Assembly: GCA_965223545.1 (NCBI GenBank)
Contig: OZ245006.1
Coordinates: 3,808,001-3,872,000 of the forward strand
Length of the DNA: 64,000 nt
Source of the DNA: Planctomycetota bacterium
GTDB lineage: Bacteria; Planctomycetota; UBA1135; UBA2386
Direction of reading: 5' to 3'
Shown: piece after piece, positions 36,026-45,312 of the stretch
Numbering within the stretch: the first letter of the stretch is position 1
Layout: each line of letters begins with the position of its first letter
The notes under the pieces: model-generated
Database searches by the model: none
Told to the model about the DNA's origin: nothing
What the model saw: only the letters and a program-made list of their open reading frames with translations
Translations under genes and position numbers: made by a program

Positions 36026-36952
36026 ATGCCGACCCCATCCCACGGCCGCTTCGGCCGCCGCTGCGCGCGCGCGGCGCTCGCCCTCGCGCTCTGCGGCGCC
36101 ACCGCCTGCAGCGGCCGCCACACGCACGTCGCCGACGAGTCCTTCGAGGTCGAGTTCCCGCTGCCCGCGGAGGCGCGGACCGTGCGGCTGGACATCCTCG
36201 AAGGCGCGATCACCTTCGCGCCCGGCAAGCCCGGCGTGGTCCGGATCGAGGCTCTGGCGCGCCGCGCCTCGACGGACGCCGCCGGCATCGAACGGCTGGC
36301 AGCCATCGACGCGCGGCCGGTCGTGGTCCCGGGCCGCGACCCGGCGGTCTTCGACCTGCGCGGACCACGGTTGCCGGATGGGCTGAGCTACCCGGGGCAC
36401 CGGCTGGTGACGCGCTGCTACGTCGAAGTGCCGCCCGACATCGCCGTCGAGGGGACCACGGGGTCCGGCCACATGGCGGCCGTCGAGCGGCGCGCCGACG
36501 TCGCCCTGCAGACCGGTCACGGCGCGCTTCGACTCGACAACTGCGCCGGCCACGCGATGCTGCGCAGCACGCGCGGCGCCGTCGTCGTCGACGAGCACAG
36601 CGGCTCGCTCGACCTCGAGCACGCGGTCTGGCAGGGTGAGACGATTCCCGAGACCAGCCAGCGCAAGGGTGAGACGATGCAGCTGTTCTTCACCGCGATC
36701 GGCGAAAAGGGAGTGCGGGTCGTGGCCCCCCACGCCAACGTCCAGTGCCACCTGCCGGGGGATGCGACGTTCACCATGGACGCGACCACCGGCGCAGGCC
36801 GCAGCAAGAACGGCTTCGGCGTGCCGGTCGAACCGCTGGCCGGCAAGAAGTTCGGCACCGCCATGCGCGGAACGGTCGGCAGCGGCGGACCGACGGTGCT
36901 CATCGCCGTCGACTACGGCAACGTCTCGCTGCGTGCGCGGGCCGTACCGTGA
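36026..36952 (+). CDS. DUF4097-like beta-strand-repeat lipoprotein
   Basis: Lipobox ATAC; TTGSGHM/QTGHGAL/STRGAV repeats; GTVGSGGPTV...GNV terminus. Confidence 0.8.
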   Translation: MPTPSHGRFGRRCARAALALALCGATACSGRHTHVADESFEVEFPLPAEARTVRLDILEGAITFAPGKPGVVRIEALARRASTDAAGIERLAAIDARPVVVPGRDPAVFDLRGPRLPDGLSYPGHRLVTRCYVEVPPDIAVEGTTGSGHMAAVERRADVALQTGHGALRLDNCAGHAMLRSTRGAVVVDEHSGSLDLEHAVWQGETIPETSQRKGETMQLFFTAIGEKGVRVVAPHANVQCHLPGDATFTMDATTGAGRSKNGFGVPVEPLAGKKFGTAMRGTVGSGGPTVLIAVDYGNVSLRARAVP

Positions 36953-38487
36953 GCCGCAGTGCTCTCTCGACCGCCCTGCGCGCGGCGCTCGCGGTTTCGC
37001 TCGGTCTGTTGGCGACCGGCGCGCCCGCGCAGGACGGCGACGGCGACGCCGACCTGCTGATCCTGCACATCAACGACTTCCACGGTCAGGTGCGGCCCCG
37101 GCGACTGCCGGCGAGGGGCGACCGCGAAGCGAGGTGGATCGGCGGCTTCGCCGCGCTGGCCGAGCACACGCGGCGCCGGCGGGCGGCGTTCGGCAAAACG
37201 GTCTGGGTCACCAACGGCGGCGACTGGTTCCAGGGCACTCCGGAGGGCAACCACGACCGCGGCGTCGCCGCGATGCAGACGCTCGAACGGCTCGGGCTGA
37301 CGGCGTCGGTGGTCGGCAACCACGAGTACGACTTCGGCGAACGCAGCTTGATCGCCCTGATCGAAGCGCTGCGCCACCCCGTGCTGGGAGCGAACGTGCT
37401 CGAGCGGGGTTCGGAGCGCGTGCGCCCGTACGTGCGCCCGTACACCGTGCGGACCGTGACCGGTGCCGGCGGCGTGCCGGTGCGCATCGCCATCGTCGGC
37501 CTGGTCACCGAGGACACCCCGCAGGTCGCCACCGGCCCGTTCGGCAGCGCGGTCTTCGAAACCGAGACCGCGACTCTCGAACGGCTGTGGCCCCAGCTGA
37601 TGCGCGACGCGGAGCACGTCGTCCTGCTGACCCACAGCGGACTCCGCCGCGACATCGAGCTGGCGCAGCGATTTCCCGGCATCCGCCTGATCCTCGGCGG
37701 CCACAGCCACACCCTGCTGCGGCGGGCCGTCGTCGAGGGCGACACGACCATCGTCCAATCCGGCAGCCGGGCCGGTGCGGTCACCGAGGTCGAGGTGCGG
37801 CTGACCGTCGATCGCTTCGAGTGCGCGGCCACGACCCTGGTCGAGCTCGACGGCGCGATCGAGCCCGACACCGACACGCGCGCACACCTAGATCGGACCT
37901 TCGGTCACCTGGCCGAGCACTGGGACACGCCGATCGGCGAGGTCGCCGGCGCGGCCGACCGCCGCTGGTCGGGGGGCTCCACGCCAGCCGGCAGCTACGT
38001 CGCCGGCCTGATCCGGGCGGCGAGCGACGCCGACGTGGGTTTGACCAACAAGGGGGGTCTGCGCAGCACCCTCGTGCCCGGCGCCATCACGCGGCGCGAC
38101 GTGTTCGAGCTGCTCCCGTTCGACAACTCCGTGGTCACCTTCGAGCTCAGCGGCACCCAGCTGCGGCGCGTGCTGGCGCAGAGCCTCGAGCAGCGCCGCC
38201 GCCCCCTGGAGATCGACGGTGCGACGTATACCTACCGCATCGAAGACGGCACCCGACAGCTGCGCGACGTCCTGGTCGGCGGTCGCCCCCTGGATTTGGA
38301 GCGCAACTACCGCGTCGCCACCAACTCGTTCCTCGCCGGCGGGGGAGACGGGCAGACCGCATTCGCCGAGCAAGAGCCCGTCGGTCGCACGGAGCAGTTC
38401 CTGCGGGACTTGATGGAAGCGGATCTATTGCGCTCCACAGTTATCGAGCTCCCCGGGGAATCCCGCATCCAGCTCGAATCGAGGTAG
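36949..38487 (+). CDS. Bifunctional metallophosphatase/5'-nucleotidase, secreted
   Basis: ILHINDFHG, GGDWFQG, GNHEYDFG, LTHSG, GGHSH, NKGGLR, LPFDN, FLAGGGDG. Confidence 0.93.
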   Translation: MSRSALSTALRAALAVSLGLLATGAPAQDGDGDADLLILHINDFHGQVRPRRLPARGDREARWIGGFAALAEHTRRRRAAFGKTVWVTNGGDWFQGTPEGNHDRGVAAMQTLERLGLTASVVGNHEYDFGERSLIALIEALRHPVLGANVLERGSERVRPYVRPYTVRTVTGAGGVPVRIAIVGLVTEDTPQVATGPFGSAVFETETATLERLWPQLMRDAEHVVLLTHSGLRRDIELAQRFPGIRLILGGHSHTLLRRAVVEGDTTIVQSGSRAGAVTEVEVRLTVDRFECAATTLVELDGAIEPDTDTRAHLDRTFGHLAEHWDTPIGEVAGAADRRWSGGSTPAGSYVAGLIRAASDADVGLTNKGGLRSTLVPGAITRRDVFELLPFDNSVVTFELSGTQLRRVLAQSLEQRRRPLEIDGATYTYRIEDGTRQLRDVLVGGRPLDLERNYRVATNSFLAGGGDGQTAFAEQEPVGRTEQFLRDLMEADLLRSTVIELPGESRIQLESR

Positions 38488-38697
38488 ACTGGGGAAGAAC
38501 GGTGTAATTCCGGTCGTGGGGCCCCGGCGCTCGACGTCCAGGAGAGATGCCCCAAGACGCCCTGGCGGAAAAGACCAGTTCTTCGGAAATATCCGGTGGT
38601 ATTCCGCTCTCGGCCGTAAGAGGCGATCGCCCCCCAAAACCCACCAAGCCCGGCGGCCCGCCGGGTTCGATCCCAGCAACCAGAGAGGAACAGCGAC

Positions 38698-39111
38698 ATG
38701 GCCCTAGGCAAGCGGCTGTTGATGTTCTCCCCCACGGATCCACGCGCGACACAGCTCGCCTCCCAGGTGAGCGAGTGGGGGTGCCTGATCACGACCTGTG
38801 AAACCCTCGACGAGCTCCGCGGCAAGCTCGAGGGAGACGAGTACGATCTCGTGCTCTGCGAGGGGTCGTCGTCCCTGCGCAAGCTCACCGCCGAAGCCGA
38901 CCCGACCGGGGAGGTCTTGCAGACTCCGCTGGCCGAAATCGAGAAGCGGCACATCCTCCGCGTGCTCGCGTCGACCGGCGGCAACAAGACCCGGGCATCC
39001 AAGATCTTGGGGATCGACACCAAGACCCTCTACAACAAGCTGAAGGCTTACGGTGCTGCGGCACAATCGGCGCGCCGGCGCCAGCAAGCTGCCAGCGGCG
39101 AGCTACGATAG
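38698..39111 (+). CDS. Fis-type HTH protein with a degenerate receiver-like N-terminus
   Basis: LAEIEKRHILRVLASTGGNKTRASKILGIDTKTLYNKLKAY; GAGG SD. Confidence 0.88.
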   Translation: MALGKRLLMFSPTDPRATQLASQVSEWGCLITTCETLDELRGKLEGDEYDLVLCEGSSSLRKLTAEADPTGEVLQTPLAEIEKRHILRVLASTGGNKTRASKILGIDTKTLYNKLKAYGAAAQSARRRQQAASGELR

Positions 39112-39239
39112 GCGCTGTCCCCGGCGACCCGCCGGTTCGAGGCGGAGCCTCCGCCGGCCACCATGGGGATTTCTGACCGCGCTCGGCCGGCTGGCGGCCT
39201 TCTCGCCAATTTTGGCCCGGGCGCCGCGTAGCCTGCCCG

Positions 39240-41516
39240 ATGTCCCCTCCTCGCCCCCTTTGCATCGCCGCCTGCCTGCTCGGTTGGCTCCCCGGCTGGC
39301 TGGCCGGACAAGAACCGGGGCCGAGCCCACGCGTCTCGAGCTACGAGATGGAGGTCGTGCTCGAGCCGGCGGAGCGCCGCCTGCGCGGCACGCAGCGGAT
39401 CCGCTGGCGCAACACGACGGATGCGCCGACCTCCGAGCTGCGGTTTCACCTCTACCTCAACGCGTTTCGCGACGCGCGGTCGACCCTGATGCGGGAGGCG
39501 GACGAGGAGTTTCGCCGCAAATGGCGCGACGCCGACTACGGCGGCATCCGCGTCACCCAGCTCGAGCTCGAGACCGCTGACGGTCCGGTCGACCTGACCC
39601 CCCAGCTGCACTTCGCGCAGCCCGACGACGGCAACTCCGACGATGCCACGGTGTTGGTGGCCCCGCTGCCCACGCCGGTCGGCGCCGGCGCGGCGGCGGT
39701 CGTCCGCACGCGCTTCGAGGTGGCGATCCCCAAGGCACACCGCCGCACCGGCTACGCGCCCGACGACGGCTTCTTCATGATGCACTGGTTCCCCAAGCTG
39801 GGCGTGCTGGAGAGCCGGGGCGAGGAGAGCGTTTGGAACTGCCCGCAGTTCCACGCCAACAGCGAGTTCTTCGCCGACTTCTCGGTCTACGAGGTCGCGA
39901 TCACGCTTCCGCCGGAATACGTGGTCGGCGCCACCGGCCAATTGCAGACCGCCGAGAGCACCCTCGAGGGCTCGAGCAAGACGCTGGTCTACCGCGCCGA
40001 AGACGTGCACGACTTCGCCTGGGTGGCCGATCCGGACTTCGTCGAGCACCGCATGACGACCGAGCCGGTGCGCGCCGCCGACGACGAAGTCGCGACCGCG
40101 GTTGCCGCCGCGATGCAGACCCCGGTGGAGCAGTTCGACCTGCCGGCGACCGAGATCATCCTGCTGCTGCGCCCCGAGCACGACACCGAGACGCAGCGCC
40201 ACCGGCACTTCGCCGCGGTGCGTGCGGCCATCGAGTTCTTCGGCTTGCGCTACGGGCCGTATCCGTACCCGACGATCACCGTGGTCGATCCCGCCCGCGA
40301 CGTGCTGGGCAACCGACTCGGTGGCGGCATGGAGTACCCGCAGCTGATCACCTGTGGCACCAGCTTGTTCCCCCATCCGCACCGGCTGTCACCCGAGGGG
40401 GTCACGGTGCACGAGTTCGGCCACCAGTACTGGTACGGGCTCTCGGCCAACGACGAGTTTCGCGAAGCGTGGCTCGACGAGGGCATCAACACGTTCAGCG
40501 AGGGGCGTGCACAGTGGCTGCACTACGGAGAGCAGAGGCCGTTGCGCACCTCCGAGTTCGGCCTGCTGCAGGTCGCCGCGGTGCCGTGGCAGCCGGTCCC
40601 CGACTGGCCGCATGGCGGCGCCCTGCTCGACCTGCTCGGTGAGCTCGACGAGGGCTGGGCCGCGCGCCTCCGCGGAGTAGGCATGCGCGGGACGCTGGTG
40701 CCGGACTCGCCCCTGCTGCAGCTGATGCGCGAGCAGCCGTCGCTGAGCTATGCGCGGCACGCGCGCTACAACGATCTGTGGAACGACCGCGATCGGTGGC
40801 TGCAGGTCGACAACCCCGATCCGATGGTCCTGCCCGGCTGGGAGTACGACAGCCGCGCCAGCTACGTCGCCAACAGCTACCACCGGCCGGCGACCTTGTT
40901 GCGGACCGTCGAGCGCATGGTCGGCACCACCACGTGGTGGACGTTCTTGCGCGCCTTCGCCATGCAGTCGCGCTTCCGCCATCCGACCACGGACGACTTC
41001 ACCCGACTGTTGCGGGAGACCTGCGGCGCCGAGGTGGGCGACTTCTTCGCCGAGGCGATCCGCGCCGGCGCGACGTTCGACTACGGCATCGACGGAGTGC
41101 GGCCGCCGGACGGACGGGGACCGCGCAAGTCGGTGGCGATCCGCCGCTTCGGCGCGCTGCGTGCGACCGTGCCGGTACGGCTGCGATTCTCTGAACGCGC
41201 GGAACCGGTGCTCGTGCAGATCGATGCCGGCGCCGCCGATCCGATCCACCGACTGCACTTCGACGACGAGGACGAGGAGACTCCGTGGGGTGACTTGCTC
41301 GAGGTGTGGGTCGATCCACCGACCGGCACGGCGGCGGACGGCTCACCCCTCGAAAACCCGGGAGAGCCCAGCCCGAGCGGAATCTTCACCATCGACGAGA
41401 ACCTCCTCAACAACGCGTGGCGCGCCCGCGCCGATCGGCGGCCGGCGCTGTACCGCGCCATTCGCGGCCTGCTCCAACGGCAGAGCCGGCTCAGCTTCTG
41501 GGGGTGGATCGGATGA
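39240..41516 (+). CDS. M1-family zinc aminopeptidase, secreted
   Basis: GGMEYP, HEFGHQYW, WLDEGINTF; signal peptide. Confidence 0.92.
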   Translation: MSPPRPLCIAACLLGWLPGWLAGQEPGPSPRVSSYEMEVVLEPAERRLRGTQRIRWRNTTDAPTSELRFHLYLNAFRDARSTLMREADEEFRRKWRDADYGGIRVTQLELETADGPVDLTPQLHFAQPDDGNSDDATVLVAPLPTPVGAGAAAVVRTRFEVAIPKAHRRTGYAPDDGFFMMHWFPKLGVLESRGEESVWNCPQFHANSEFFADFSVYEVAITLPPEYVVGATGQLQTAESTLEGSSKTLVYRAEDVHDFAWVADPDFVEHRMTTEPVRAADDEVATAVAAAMQTPVEQFDLPATEIILLLRPEHDTETQRHRHFAAVRAAIEFFGLRYGPYPYPTITVVDPARDVLGNRLGGGMEYPQLITCGTSLFPHPHRLSPEGVTVHEFGHQYWYGLSANDEFREAWLDEGINTFSEGRAQWLHYGEQRPLRTSEFGLLQVAAVPWQPVPDWPHGGALLDLLGELDEGWAARLRGVGMRGTLVPDSPLLQLMREQPSLSYARHARYNDLWNDRDRWLQVDNPDPMVLPGWEYDSRASYVANSYHRPATLLRTVERMVGTTTWWTFLRAFAMQSRFRHPTTDDFTRLLRETCGAEVGDFFAEAIRAGATFDYGIDGVRPPDGRGPRKSVAIRRFGALRATVPVRLRFSERAEPVLVQIDAGAADPIHRLHFDDEDEETPWGDLLEVWVDPPTGTAADGSPLENPGEPSPSGIFTIDENLLNNAWRARADRRPALYRAIRGLLQRQSRLSFWGWIG

Positions 41517-42457
41517 TCGCCCACGAGTACTCGACGGATCCGCAGCGCGGCGCGCTGGCGTGCTTGGTTCGCTCGGTGGCGACCGCTTTGGCGCACCCGA
41601 CGGCATGGCTGTCGGGTTGGCTGATCGTCAGCGTGCCGGCGCTGGCGGAGACCTGGGCGCAGGCGCGGGCCGCCGACGCCGCACTGGCCCACCACCCCGC
41701 CGCGGGGGGATTGCTCGACCAAGCCCTCGACGCCGACCTGTCCCGGCTCGAGCCGGCCATCGCCGCCGGCTCTCCGCTCAGCGCGGTGTTCGTCTTCCTC
41801 GGCTACGCCGTGCTCGCCGGCGGTGTCCTGGTGTGCGTCGGCCGCGATGGTGGCTATCGCTACACCGAGCTGCTGGCGGAAGGCGGTCGCCTGCTGATGC
41901 GCAACCTGCGGGTTCTGCTCGTCGGCATCTTTGCCGCATGGCTCTTGTGCTGGTGCATCGACGCGGCCGACGGCTGGGCCCGCGAAGAGTGGCTCTACGA
42001 CGCCGACCCCAGCGCCGCCTGGCTGCACGCGCGGTGGGGATCGCTCGACGTCGCCGTCGAGGCGTGGCACTACGCGGTCGGCGGGTTGTTCTTGGCGCTC
42101 CTGTTCACCGCCAAGGTCGCCATGGCGCGGCTGTCGGTGCTCGACCGATCGTCGGCGCTGCTGGCCTGGCTGCGGGCTCTGGGCGCGGTGCTGCGCCACC
42201 CGCTGCGCACCGCCATCGTGATCGTCGGCCTTGCCGCGCTGTGGCTCGGCGCCTCCCACGGCACCGGCAAGCTGACGCAGTGGCTGCTCGAGGGCGAACA
42301 CCGCCTCGCGCTCGGCTTGGCGGCGGGCCAGCTCGGGATCCTGGCAAACCAGGTGCTGATCGTCGCGACTTTGGTCGCCGCGCGCGACACGGCCTTGCTC
42401 CACGCGCCACCGCCGTCACACTCGGACGACTTCGTCTACGAGGACAGCTTGTCGTGA
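41513..42457 (+). CDS. Polytopic membrane hypothetical protein
   Basis: About 6 hydrophobic segments; 4-bp overlaps with both neighbours. Confidence 0.8.
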   Translation: MIAHEYSTDPQRGALACLVRSVATALAHPTAWLSGWLIVSVPALAETWAQARAADAALAHHPAAGGLLDQALDADLSRLEPAIAAGSPLSAVFVFLGYAVLAGGVLVCVGRDGGYRYTELLAEGGRLLMRNLRVLLVGIFAAWLLCWCIDAADGWAREEWLYDADPSAAWLHARWGSLDVAVEAWHYAVGGLFLALLFTAKVAMARLSVLDRSSALLAWLRALGAVLRHPLRTAIVIVGLAALWLGASHGTGKLTQWLLEGEHRLALGLAAGQLGILANQVLIVATLVAARDTALLHAPPPSHSDDFVYEDSLS

Positions 42458-43851
42458 ACGCACACCCATCGATCCAGGCACTCGCCCTCGCGGCGGCGTG
42501 CCTCTCCGCGCACCCCGCCGACGCCGCGCAACAGCCCACACCGGCACCGCCGGCCGAGTTCTTCGCCGGGCGGCGCGCGGCCCTCGTCGAGCTCATCCGC
42601 CCGGGCATCCAGCCGGGCGAGCGGCACTGGGTCGTCGTGCGCGGGGCGACCTCCGCCGCCGACATGGCGCAGTTCTACCAGGACCACAACTTCTACTACC
42701 TCACCGGCGTTCGGGAGCCGGATGCCGCCCTGGTGATCAACGTCGAGACCGGTGACGAAGAGCTGCTGGTGCCGCCGTTCAGCCGGTTCACCGCGCAATG
42801 GGAGGGGCAGCGGCTCGCCCCCGGCGAGGCGGCGGCGAAGAAGACCGGCTTTGCCGCGGTCGGCAACAGCCGCGGGCTGCACCGGCGGCTGGAGGCCGCG
42901 CTGGGCGGCGACGGTGGTGGCAAGGCCGTGCTGTGGACATTCACGACGCCGCAACCCAACCGCACCGCGACGTCGGCGTCCGCGGCCCGCGCGGCGAGCG
43001 CCAGCAGGGGCGACCGGTTCGATGGGCGCGGCGCGCGCGCCGAGGCCTGGGCCGCGGCCCTGCGCAAGCAGTACCCGGACGCCGAGATTCGCGATGTGAT
43101 GCCGATGATGGGCACACTGCGCGGCGTGAAGCAGCCGGAAGAAGTCGCCCTGGTGCGCGCGGCTTCGGCGCTGGCGGCGCGCGGCATCGCCGCGGCGATG
43201 CGCGCGGCGGCACCGGGCGCATACGAATTCCAGCTGGCGGCCGCGGCGCGCTACGAGTTCTCTCGGCACGGCGCCGGACCGGACGCGTACGCGGCCATCG
43301 TCGGCGCCGCCGGAAACGGCTGCGTGCTGCACTACAGCGCCAACACCAAGCAGCTCGAAGACGGCGACCTGATCGTCATGGACTACGGCCCGACCGTGCA
43401 CGGCTATTGCTCCGACGTGACGCGCACGTTCCCGGCGAGCGGTGTCTACACCGACGCGCAGCGCAAGCTCGTCGAGGACGTACACGCGGTTCAGCAGGCG
43501 TTGTTCGCCAAGATCCGGCCCGGCGCACGTCTCTCGGAGCTCTCCCAGCTGTGCGCGCAGCTGCTCGCCGAGCGCGGTTACCGTTCGTTCCACGGCCCGT
43601 GCCACCACGTCGGTCTCGCCGTGCACGACCTGGGCAGTGACGAACTGCGCGAGGGCATGATCATCACGGTCGAGCCCGGTGCCTATCTGCCCGACGAACG
43701 CATGGGCTGCCGCATCGAGGACACGATCCTGATCACCGCCGATGGCTACGAAAACCTCTCGGCGGACGTGCCCTCGACGCCCGATGCGATCGAGGCGCTG
43801 ATGCGCAGTGTCGAAATCCGCGAGACTTCCGCCGGCCAAACCGGCCGCTGA
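42454..43851 (+). CDS. Secreted Xaa-Pro aminopeptidase (M24B)
   Basis: FYYLTG, VLHY, MDYG, YCSDVTRTFP, HGPCHHVGLAVHD, TVEPGAY, RIEDTI; signal peptide. Confidence 0.9.
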   Translation: MNAHPSIQALALAAACLSAHPADAAQQPTPAPPAEFFAGRRAALVELIRPGIQPGERHWVVVRGATSAADMAQFYQDHNFYYLTGVREPDAALVINVETGDEELLVPPFSRFTAQWEGQRLAPGEAAAKKTGFAAVGNSRGLHRRLEAALGGDGGGKAVLWTFTTPQPNRTATSASAARAASASRGDRFDGRGARAEAWAAALRKQYPDAEIRDVMPMMGTLRGVKQPEEVALVRAASALAARGIAAAMRAAAPGAYEFQLAAAARYEFSRHGAGPDAYAAIVGAAGNGCVLHYSANTKQLEDGDLIVMDYGPTVHGYCSDVTRTFPASGVYTDAQRKLVEDVHAVQQALFAKIRPGARLSELSQLCAQLLAERGYRSFHGPCHHVGLAVHDLGSDELREGMIITVEPGAYLPDERMGCRIEDTILITADGYENLSADVPSTPDAIEALMRSVEIRETSAGQTGR

Positions 43852-43856
43852 GCCTC

Positions 43857-43895
43857 AAAAAAAGCCCGGCGGAGGCCGCTTCGCGCTAGCTCCGC
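43857..43895 (-). terminator. Candidate intrinsic terminator (U-tract on the minus strand)
   Basis: A7 run 43857-43863 near the GCGGAG/CTCCGC stem (43869-43895). Confidence 0.45.
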
Positions 43896-44210
43896 TGAGA
43901 CCGGAGACGCCGCGCGCACGCCGCACAGAGTCTCAGGACGGGGACTCAGATTCGCCGCAGACCAGCCGAGAATGGGTGGAGCGCCGGCCGCGGAGCGGTC
44001 TGGCGCCGAGAGACACACCTCGGCCGCGGCGAGTCATGATTCGCCGACTTCGATCCTTTGCCTGCAGCACTCGCCGCGGCCGAATCTTTCTCTCGCAGGG
44101 GACCGGGGGCGGGTGCCACCGGATCGGCGGCGGGGGGAGAGAAGTGAAGAATCGGAGCCTGGCTCCGTACGTTCGTTTGTTTCTCGGGGGGGCGTCGATA
44201 TCGTCCCGCC

Positions 44211-45312
44211 ATGGGTCTGGACGACCACCGCGAGTTCCTCAAGCACTGCGAGACCCGTGTGCGTCAGCTCAAGGTGAGTCTTTGACTTCGAGCACCGCCT
44301 GCGCGAGCTGCACGACATCGACCATCGGATGAGCCAGCCCGGCTTCTGGGATAGCCCGGAGGCCGCGCAGGAGTTCGTCGAGCAGAAGAAGCGCTGCGCC
44401 AACGTGGTCGAGCCGATCCAGCAGGTCGACCGGTTGCTGGAGGACGGCGAGGTCTTGCTCGAGCTCGGCGCGGACGATCCGGCGGCGGTGGAGGGCGACC
44501 TCGGCGCGACCCGCGGCAAGCTGGAGCAGGTCCTGGACCGCCTCGAGTTCCAGCTGATGCTCGGCGGGGAGCACGACGAGAAGAACGCGCTCGTCACCCT
44601 GCAGGCCGGCGCCGGTGGCGTCGACGCGTCGGACTGGACCGAGATGCTGCTGCGGATGTACGACAAGTGGAGCCGCGACCAGGACTTCGAAGTCGAGATC
44701 CAGGACATGCAGCAGGCCGAGGAGGCGGGCCTGCGCAGCGTCACGTTCGCGGTGCGCGGCGCCTACGCCTACGGGCGGCTGCGCGCCGAGCAGGGCGTGC
44801 ACCGCCTGGTGCGCATCTCGCCCTTCGACGGCAATGCCCGCCGGCAGACCTCGTTCGCCTCGGTCGAGGTCGTGCCCGAGCTCGACGACGACATCGAGAT
44901 CGAGCTGGTCGACAAGGACCTGCGCATCGACACCTACCGGGCCAGCGGCGCCGGCGGCCAGCACGTCAACAAGACCGATTCCGCGGTGCGCATCACGCAC
45001 TTGCCGACCGGCATCGTCGTGCAGTGCCAGAACGAGCGCAGCCAGCACAAGAACAAGGCGCAGGCGTTCAAGACGCTGCGCAGCAAGCTCTACCAAGTCG
45101 AAGAGGCCAAGCGCCGCGACGAGCTGGCGCAGTTCTACGGCGATCGGGGCTCGATCAGCTGGGGCAACCAGATCCGCAGCTACGTGCTGCAGCCGTATCA
45201 GATGGTCAAGGACCTCCGCACCGGAGTCGAGACCTCGAACGTCGACGGCGTGCTCGACGGCGACCTCGACCGGTTCATCGAGGGCTATCTCAAGCAGGAC
45301 AAGCGATCATGA
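44211..45312 (+). CDS. prfB: Peptide chain release factor 2, +1 programmed frameshift
   Basis: MGLDD...KVSL, then CTT TGA C at 44280-44286 with upstream AAGGTG; SPF and GGQ motifs. Confidence 0.97.

Noticed and set aside
38650..38685. tRNA-like GGGTTCGATCCC...ACCA upstream of the Fis-like gene
   Set aside because: The T-stem does not extend to 5 bp, and no acceptor, D or anticodon arms can be built.
9841..44030. Shared CCTCGGCCGCG 11-mer between the two structured intergenic regions
   Set aside because: Too short and GC-rich to exceed chance; the flanks do not align.
43808..44332. Short ORFs in the aminopeptidase-prfB gap
   Set aside because: Arg/Pro/Gly-rich composition typical of non-coding GC-rich frames; they overlap real genes.
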